Source of the DNA: a virus
Taxonomy: Duplodnaviria; Caudoviricetes
Reading direction: 5' to 3' (one strand)
IMG/VR virus record: IMGVR_UViG_3300017720_000003
Coordinates: 1-64,000 of that record
DNA: 64,000 nucleotides
The position numbers were made by a program, and so were the translations under genes. Below the pieces are notes generated by a model. The model had not been told where the DNA came from and searched no databases. It saw only the letters and a list, made by a program, of their open reading frames with translations. Positions 57,992-64,000 of this stretch are shown here, piece after piece; positions within the stretch are counted from its first letter, which is position 1, and every line of letters starts with the position of its first letter.

Positions 57992-59473
57992 CTACCAGTA
58001 AGCGTTTGTTTCAACAGAAATCTTATTTCCATTATCACCTGCCCAGTTAGCAATATTAGTAAGTAATTTTTCTACTGCAGTTTGTGCGGCTGCATCAGAA
58101 CATTTTACATAAATCTTATATTGGTATTGGTCATTATCAAACACCCCTGTTGGGTTGTTAAATCTAGGTACTGAGTGCTGAACATAATATGCTCTATATG
58201 TAGCAGTTCTATCTACAGCAGCTAAAAGCTCATCAGATAATTCAATTTGTCTGATTCTAGCACTATCAGCGTTTCCTTGATTATAAGGAGACTGACGGTA
58301 TCTTTCTGACATAATTAATTCTCTAATTACTTCTTCACCTTGAGTTTGTTGCATTGATCCAGGAGTTTTTGAAGCTACGCCACAATCATTACATGGATTA
58401 CCTGTTTCATCTAATTGTGAAACAATAATTTCAACAGGTTCTTTGTTATAATGATCTCTTGTATCAAATGAACAGTTACCAAACACAGTGTCTACATATG
58501 CACCAACAAACTTCACTTCAGCAGATACTTTCGCACCAGCTGCATTAGGAGTTGTAGAAGGAACATATGTTCCATCTTGTGTTTGTTCAATAGTATAAAT
58601 AGATTGAACTACTTCACCAGCTGCATCAGTTACTGAAACAACAACACCACCAGCGCTAACTGAATCAACAATAAATGTTGCATCACCACCACCACCGGAA
58701 ATTGTTATTACATCGGCTGCAACATATCCACTACCTACATTTGCAATAGAAAAAGTAGCAATACCGCCTGCACCAGTGACTGTATCAATGTTCACCTTTA
58801 ATCCTGATGAACCTGAAGAACCACCTGTTGTTGCAACGTCAGATGCAACAGCATATCCAGAACCAGCAGCAGATAATGTTGCTGCAGAAACACCATTCAA
58901 TGCAGCTTCTGCTACAAATGGTTTAATTAATGGATCACCAAGAGCCATTTTTGCCATAGCACCAAGAACTAGTGCAGGATCAATATACTCTTGTCCATCA
59001 ATACAACATACATTAGCTGAGTCAGCAATTGCATATGCATTGTGATTTAAGAACCTTAGTGCAGGAGATCCCTTCACATCAATTCTCATAAATTGAGTTT
59101 TACCACATGGTGCACAATCAGAAGCTAATGATAAGCTAGCTGTTGCTTGAGATGCAGTAAGACAGTTTGTACTCCAAAGTTTAGTAATATATCTTGGATT
59201 TAATCCTTTAGATTTTACTGATTCTTTGTACCCCCCATGTCCTGGGTTGTTTCCAATTGTATCTTTACTATAAAATGAACCTTGCACAATGTAACCCAAG
59301 TTATCAACAATCGTTGGTACACCAGCTCCTGCTTGAAGTGCAACTGATTCCCAGTCACTACCATCAACCAAAGCTAATTGACCTGCTGTCAATGCACTTG
59401 TTGCTGTATTGGCGTTCTCTTCTACTGAAGATACAACAAACGTTTTGTTAAACGCATGATTAAAATAAGCCAT
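57992..59473 (-). CDS. Auxiliary capsid / structural protein (crAss gene-73-like) with GSGY-repeat insertion
   Basis: 493 aa; fourth gene after the MCP; has its own promoter motif and terminator, consistent with high expression. Confidence 0.55.
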   Translation of the reverse strand: MAYFNHAFNKTFVVSSVEENANTATSALTAGQLALVDGSDWESVALQAGAGVPTIVDNLGYIVQGSFYSKDTIGNNPGHGGYKESVKSKGLNPRYITKLWSTNCLTASQATASLSLASDCAPCGKTQFMRIDVKGSPALRFLNHNAYAIADSANVCCIDGQEYIDPALVLGAMAKMALGDPLIKPFVAEAALNGVSAATLSAAGSGYAVASDVATTGGSSGSSGLKVNIDTVTGAGGIATFSIANVGSGYVAADVITISGGGGDATFIVDSVSAGGVVVSVTDAAGEVVQSIYTIEQTQDGTYVPSTTPNAAGAKVSAEVKFVGAYVDTVFGNCSFDTRDHYNKEPVEIIVSQLDETGNPCNDCGVASKTPGSMQQTQGEEVIRELIMSERYRQSPYNQGNADSARIRQIELSDELLAAVDRTATYRAYYVQHSVPRFNNPTGVFDNDQYQYKIYVKCSDAAAQTAVEKLLTNIANWAGDNGNKISVETNAYW

Positions 59474-59565
59474 AATTTATTTAATTTGTGAGAGGACCAT
59501 TACCCTCTCTGGTTATATAAAAAGATTTAAAACAGTTTACTCTGGCGTAACAACATGCTACTATA

Positions 59566-59577
59566 ATAATATACGTA
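59566..59577 (-). promoter_or_regulatory. Candidate phage promoter TACGTATATTAT
   Basis: GTATATTAT core, about 93 nt upstream of the ATG at 59473. Confidence 0.5.
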
Positions 59578-59600
59578 TCTTTTTAATAAAAACAAATATA

Positions 59601-60305
59601 TTAATTGTTTCTTTCTGCGGCTTGTGTACCTCTTTGTTGTTGATATATATTCTCTATATCACCAGCAATTAATGCAGCGGTATCATCAAGCATTACTTCC
59701 ACTAAATCATCTTTAAATTCACAGTTTACATTTTGTGTACTTACTAACCCAGTATATGGATTTACACAATCTAATACTTGTATGTTAGTTGGTTTTCTAT
59801 AATATGTTAATACTGGATCAACAATATCAAAATTAGTATTTCTATAAATTCTTATTGAATTATTTAACATTGTACAAAATGTTTCACCCCATTCAAAATC
59901 AGGATTTTTTAATGGATCTCTTAATAATAATGGAACATTAGCTTCCTCAGCTAAATAAACAGTCATTGATCTAGGATTACAACAATCATCTTTTGCTTGT
60001 GCAGTTACCTTTTTAAATTCTAAATATTGATTAACTGGAAAATTATTTGTTTCAAAATATGTATCCGAAGTAGATCCCGTTAGTGATAATTCAATAAGTA
60101 AAGGTTGGAGATCATCTATTCTTTTTTTGGATAGCTCATCTCCTTCCTTATACATATTACCACCATGTAGATTACGTCTACACCACTCTATTTGTGCTTT
60201 ATTAAAAGCCTCAATAAATTGCCAACATTCAATGTTATCATAATCATTGCTATCAAGCTTATTCAGTCTTTGTTTAAGTTTAATTAAGAGTGTACTATTT
60301 TCCAT
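59601..60305 (-). CDS. Head-tail ring protein (crAss gene-74-like)
   Basis: 234 aa; LNKLDS..FNKAQ, RIDDLQPL, LTYYRKP motifs; position after the MCP. Confidence 0.6.
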   Translation of the reverse strand: MENSTLLIKLKQRLNKLDSNDYDNIECWQFIEAFNKAQIEWCRRNLHGGNMYKEGDELSKKRIDDLQPLLIELSLTGSTSDTYFETNNFPVNQYLEFKKVTAQAKDDCCNPRSMTVYLAEEANVPLLLRDPLKNPDFEWGETFCTMLNNSIRIYRNTNFDIVDPVLTYYRKPTNIQVLDCVNPYTGLVSTQNVNCEFKDDLVEVMLDDTAALIAGDIENIYQQQRGTQAAERNN

Positions 60306-60314
60306 TTTAATATA

Positions 60315-61334
60315 TTATGCATTCCAATACGGTTCAACTTTATCTAATAAAGATAAAAGCACTTCTTCATTTAAAGGATCTTTAAGAAACTCTAAACATT
60401 CATTAGGTCTTTTACCTAATCTAATACCACTATCCATTGGTTCAATCCATCCACCAGCTTTAGTTAACAAAAATCTATAGTATAATGAATCTTTAATTAA
60501 TGCTCTAATTTTTAATTCTTCCATATCTAATTGTGCAACTTCTAAAAAGTTTGATGCAGCACGTTTTTTATTGCTTTCTGCACCTTCACCTGTAATATAT
60601 ATATCCATGTTTTCATACATAATATCATTAGGTGTATTTTTAGTGTATTGTACACTATCTATGTCTACTACTTTAGAAACATACATTAATTTTGTAGTAT
60701 CAGTATCATACAATTTTTGCAATAATGAAATTGATTTGTTTTTTAATTTAGTAAGTTGTGTTCTAGTAGTTAATGTTTCTTTAACAGTATCTAAATAAAA
60801 CTTAGGTTCATTCTGTGATTTTTTTGCATCTGATAGTGATTTAGCAACAATAGAAAACCCACCTGCTTTAATAGCATATAGTTTAATTTTATCATACGGA
60901 TCAACATCTGGCTCTAAAAACACTGGATCATTACCACATCTTAATTCTATTTTATCCCAAAATTTAGAATTATCAGGTTTCATGACAGTTAGTTTATTCC
61001 AAAAATCTTTATCTTTTGGATCAACTTGATTTGCTGCTAATTCAGCTTCTAATTCAGAAACAACTTTTCTGATTTCTGCAATTTTTGCCTTCTTTTTATC
61101 TGGAGGTAACATTTTTACTTTAGGATCAAATTCATTTAATCCTGTTATATATCTTTTTACTCCATTCATTTCTAAACATGCTAAACTTTCTTGATGCCAT
61201 ACTCCATCATGTAAAGCTAAGCCATATTGTTCTAACCCCATATTTTCTTTACTGGAGTTAAAATAAGGACGAATAGCAATTGAGCTATTCTTTTTTGTGT
61301 GTTGATACTTCTCAACAATTGTGTAATCTTCCAT
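60315..61334 (-). CDS. Conserved capsid-module protein (crAss gene-75-like), function unknown
   Basis: 339 aa; RYITGL..., FW motifs; position downstream of the MCP. Confidence 0.55.
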   Translation of the reverse strand: MEDYTIVEKYQHTKKNSSIAIRPYFNSSKENMGLEQYGLALHDGVWHQESLACLEMNGVKRYITGLNEFDPKVKMLPPDKKKAKIAEIRKVVSELEAELAANQVDPKDKDFWNKLTVMKPDNSKFWDKIELRCGNDPVFLEPDVDPYDKIKLYAIKAGGFSIVAKSLSDAKKSQNEPKFYLDTVKETLTTRTQLTKLKNKSISLLQKLYDTDTTKLMYVSKVVDIDSVQYTKNTPNDIMYENMDIYITGEGAESNKKRAASNFLEVAQLDMEELKIRALIKDSLYYRFLLTKAGGWIEPMDSGIRLGKRPNECLEFLKDPLNEEVLLSLLDKVEPYWNA

Positions 61335-61372
61335 TTGTTTGGTTTTAAAATTTAATAATATTTATTCATAGT

Positions 61373-61392
61373 CAAAAATACGTAATTACGTA
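61373..61392 (-). promoter_or_regulatory. TATTTTTG (-7 element) overlapping a perfect 14-bp palindrome TACGTAATTACGTA
   Basis: Directly visible at 61373-61380 and 61379-61392. Confidence 0.5.
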
Positions 61393-61414
61393 CATTTATT
61401 ATTAATATTTCTAA

Positions 61415-61434
61415 AGCAAGGTATTACCCTTGCT
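61415..61434 (-). terminator. Hairpin, weak terminator candidate
   Basis: AGCAAGG-GTAATA-CCTTGCT with only a short T-tract. Confidence 0.4.
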
Positions 61435-61449
61435 ATAGTCTTTTGACTC

Positions 61450-61647
61450 TTAACTTATAACTATTTTCAAATCTCCTGCATTGTGATATAAATCACCTTT
61501 AACTAATCCAGATGCTTTTGCAGCTGCATCATTTGCATGATTTCTACTTACAACATCTAAACCAACTGCTTTTGATGCTATAATTTTTGAAACACTTGAA
61601 TTTGAAAACTCATATGTTTTGTTTTGTTTTTTAATATCTAGTGCCAT
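61450..61647 (-). CDS. Small head decoration/fibre-like protein
   Basis: 65 aa; HANDAAAKASGLVKGDLYH..GDLKIV resembles short trimeric head-fibre motifs; lies right after the MCP. Confidence 0.55.
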   Translation of the reverse strand: MALDIKKQNKTYEFSNSSVSKIIASKAVGLDVVSRNHANDAAAKASGLVKGDLYHNAGDLKIVIS

Positions 61648-61669
61648 TTTTTTAGTATTTAAAGATTAA

Positions 61670-61704
61670 AATAAAAAAGGGAGGAGGTTTAACCCCTCCC
61701 CTTT
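61670..61704 (-). terminator. Intrinsic terminator after the major capsid gene
   Basis: AAAGGGGAGG...CCTCCCTTT stem followed by a T-rich tract on the minus strand. Confidence 0.75.
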
Positions 61705-61715
61705 AATTATTAGTT

Positions 61716-63335
61716 CTAGAATGATCCTCCTGTAATAGGGTTTCTCATTACAATTTTAAGAACTTTGGTTGGATCTTTAACCCAAATAGCTGGCATGGTT
61801 TGAGTCATATAAACTCTATATCCATTGAATTGTCCAGTAGAAGCAAAACCTTGAGTTCTTCCCATGTAGTCCATAGTACCATTTTGGTAGAACCACTTAA
61901 GTTGATTATCCCAAGAAAGTTTCAACAAGTGAATGTTGTCATTTCCTTCATCAGTTACATCAAAGATAATAAAGCTAAATGAACTTAGAGGTCTACCATC
62001 AATTAATGGATTCTCAATGTCATTTGTATTTAAGTTATCAAATGCTGGATTCAATACAAACTTAACGTTAGCTAAGAAAGGAATAGTAAAGCTTGTGTAA
62101 GCAAAACCATAATCTAAATCCATACCTGAACCTGTTACAGCTCCAATATCAGATGCGTTTTGAACTAAACCAGAACCATACACTTCATCAGCAATTGCTT
62201 TATTGATTAACTGCATACCACCAATACCTGTTTGTACAACAAGTGATCTTTGTGGGTCTGGCCCTTTGAATTCAACTTTACCTTGATAGAAGTTATAAAG
62301 TTCAGACTTAAACATGTCAAGAGTAAATGAAGACTTGTTATATACTCTTTTGAAAGAGTTGTCTAACTGTGCCCATAAACCTACAGATAATCTAATATCA
62401 TCTGGTCCATCTTGTTTAATTCTACCACCTTTACCCCACATTAGGTAAGTTTCAATATCCGTTGCAATTTTAGATAAGTGAGCTGCTTCCATATTTGTAA
62501 TGAAAGTTCTTGTAAGAGTTCCATTTTCAAATGCTTCTCTTTCTCCTGCTTTACCCATGTTTGCTACTAAGCCTTCTATACTTGGTACAGATGGATTATT
62601 AGGATCAGTGTCAAAGTTTCTCCAAATTTCAGTTACTGGTACAGTACCATCAGCATTTAAGCCACCTTTGATCATAAGATCAGCACGGCTAGAAATAGAA
62701 TAATGTACGTGTGCTTCTGCTCCTCCTACAAAGTTGTAGAATTCACGGAACCCAGATCCTGTTTCAATATCAGAAAATCTTTCACCGTATTCACCTCTTG
62801 CAGAACCTTTTCTAAAGAACTTAGTTCCTTTAGCAAGATACTTATTGTCTAAAGATGCAGCATTGTTGTTGTTAACCAACTGTACTGTATAGACATAACC
62901 ATCACCTGCAGGAATAATATCATCTGCTGTAATGTATAATTCAAGACCATTATATTTGTCATATGTGATAATATCACCATGACCAAATGTTCTTTTGTTG
63001 ACCTTAATCTTAAATAGAGTACCATCTACACCTTTGCTAGCATTAGCTGGTTCAATGTCTGCCACTATATAAGGAAGATCTTGTGCAATAGGAGTTTGCC
63101 ACTTGTACTCACCTCTAGCATTATCCACCATGATAGTATTCTTTCCACCAAAAGAAGCCATTTGATATAAAGGCATTTCTACCTTCTGGGTCATTGCCCA
63201 TAAATCAATTGGTCCCATATCCATAGGCTCAGGGTTACCAAGCATTTGGGTAAGGTGATAAGAATCAACATGTGAACTAGCTTTGTAGCTTGTATCACGT
63301 AGGAAAATCCCATTATTTAAAACTGGAGTTGCCAT
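61716..63335 (-). CDS. Major capsid protein (crAss-like)
   Basis: 539 aa; EYKW, GSARGEYGE, LMWGKG, GLWAQL, TGIGG, WVKDPTK motifs; followed by a strong terminator; heads the conserved capsid gene block. Confidence 0.85.
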   Translation of the reverse strand: MATPVLNNGIFLRDTSYKASSHVDSYHLTQMLGNPEPMDMGPIDLWAMTQKVEMPLYQMASFGGKNTIMVDNARGEYKWQTPIAQDLPYIVADIEPANASKGVDGTLFKIKVNKRTFGHGDIITYDKYNGLELYITADDIIPAGDGYVYTVQLVNNNNAASLDNKYLAKGTKFFRKGSARGEYGERFSDIETGSGFREFYNFVGGAEAHVHYSISSRADLMIKGGLNADGTVPVTEIWRNFDTDPNNPSVPSIEGLVANMGKAGEREAFENGTLTRTFITNMEAAHLSKIATDIETYLMWGKGGRIKQDGPDDIRLSVGLWAQLDNSFKRVYNKSSFTLDMFKSELYNFYQGKVEFKGPDPQRSLVVQTGIGGMQLINKAIADEVYGSGLVQNASDIGAVTGSGMDLDYGFAYTSFTIPFLANVKFVLNPAFDNLNTNDIENPLIDGRPLSSFSFIIFDVTDEGNDNIHLLKLSWDNQLKWFYQNGTMDYMGRTQGFASTGQFNGYRVYMTQTMPAIWVKDPTKVLKIVMRNPITGGSF

Positions 63336-63413
63336 AATTTTTGATTGTTTTAGTTAATAATTGTTTTACTCTGTTTATATTTAATTTACTTAATTAAATT
63401 TCTTTAAATATTT

Positions 63414-63998
63414 TTACATTCTTTTAAAAATGTTTGTTGGTCTTGTTAATTTTCTTTTAGAACTTTTCTTTTCTGCTTCTGCACTATTTACACCTAATGA
63501 TGCTCCTCCTGCATTTGATTGTTCAGTTTTAAGCTTCCTTACAGTTTTTTCAACACTTTTTTGTGCACCTTTATCCATAATTTTTGCCTTATAACTTACC
63601 GGGTCTTGCAATAACCATAAAGCTTCAGATATAAGAGCATAATTTGGTTCAACAAATTGATACTTTTCTAATAAGTGACCTAATAAATTTGTATTACGTC
63701 CACTTACTGAAGGATAATTAGGTTGAACTAAACCATTATATAACATGGCTTGTGTTTTTCTATCAACTTTAATTTCACCTAACTTACCATCTTTTAATGT
63801 ATCATATACATTTTTCATATATGCTTTTGATGCTTGTTCTTGTTGTTTCTTTTTTAACTCTTGTTCTTCAAGTTTTTGTGCAACAACTTTTTCTTGCATC
63901 TTATCTAATTTAGGTTTGAACTTATTTGCTTGTTGTTCAAGCTTACCTAAATCTTTCCATATTTCAATTTCTTCTTGAATCTCTTCTTGAGTGCCATA
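63414..63998 (-). CDS. Scaffold-like protein upstream of the MCP (5'-truncated by window edge)
   Basis: Frame stays open from 63899 to the window end (YGTQEEIQEEIEIWKDLGKLEQQANKFKPKLDKM...); charged coiled coil; immediately precedes the MCP. Confidence 0.65.
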   Translation of the reverse strand, partial: YGTQEEIQEEIEIWKDLGKLEQQANKFKPKLDKMQEKVVAQKLEEQELKKKQQEQASKAYMKNVYDTLKDGKLGEIKVDRKTQAMLYNGLVQPNYPSVSGRNTNLLGHLLEKYQFVEPNYALISEALWLLQDPVSYKAKIMDKGAQKSVEKTVRKLKTEQSNAGGASLGVNSAEAEKKSSKRKLTRPTNIFKRM

Positions 63999-64000
63999 TC

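Noticed and set aside
61700-61718. Stop read-through extending the major capsid protein
   Set aside because: TAG is followed by AAC TAA in frame and then a terminator.
638-63978. The many 60-160 aa ORFs antisense to or nested in long genes (e.g. 7729-8043, 51841-52314, 55167-55505, 35040-35246)
   Set aside because: Shadow ORFs fully overlapping well-supported genes, with no recognisable motifs.
1-64000. Stop-codon reassignment (TAG/TGA), known in some crAss-like phages
   Set aside because: Genes up to 13.5 kb are uninterrupted in the standard code, and TAG ends several genes (e.g. 2831, 3223, 49017, 57992, 61716).
1-64000. CRISPR array, tRNA or rRNA genes
   Set aside because: Intergenic gaps are short and AT-rich; I saw no regularly spaced repeats or cloverleaf-like sequences.

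Overview
AT-rich phage DNA, most likely the structural and virion-RNA-polymerase half of a crAss-like (Crassvirales / phi14:2-related) podophage of a Bacteroidota host, probably Flavobacteriia. The + strand (1-2729) carries a class I ribonucleotide reductase pair (nrdB truncated by the window edge, then nrdA) and a small lipoprotein. Everything else is on the - strand. In transcription order: scaffold-like gene (truncated), major capsid protein, decoration/ring/auxiliary capsid proteins, Cys-rich tail-hub proteins, two long repeat-built fibres, vWA/FN3 proteins, a metallophosphoesterase, an IHF-like protein, tail rings, a 2127-aa muzzle/tail-stabilisation protein with a vWA insert, three modular cargo-like proteins, three giant ejection proteins (one with the DFDID RNAP active site), and a final three-gene envelope operon. 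The most interesting signals are (i) that envelope operon (beta-barrel-like protein, membrane-anchored coiled coil, secreted CxxC-less thioredoxin fold), (ii) a recurring xxxGG-type motif delimiting swappable modules and peptidase domains in the three cargo proteins, (iii) nuclease and zincin domains in the ejection proteins, and (iv) a recurrent GTATATTAT promoter-like motif alongside host-type TAnnTTTG promoters. All calls come from motif reading and gene order; no database searches were run.
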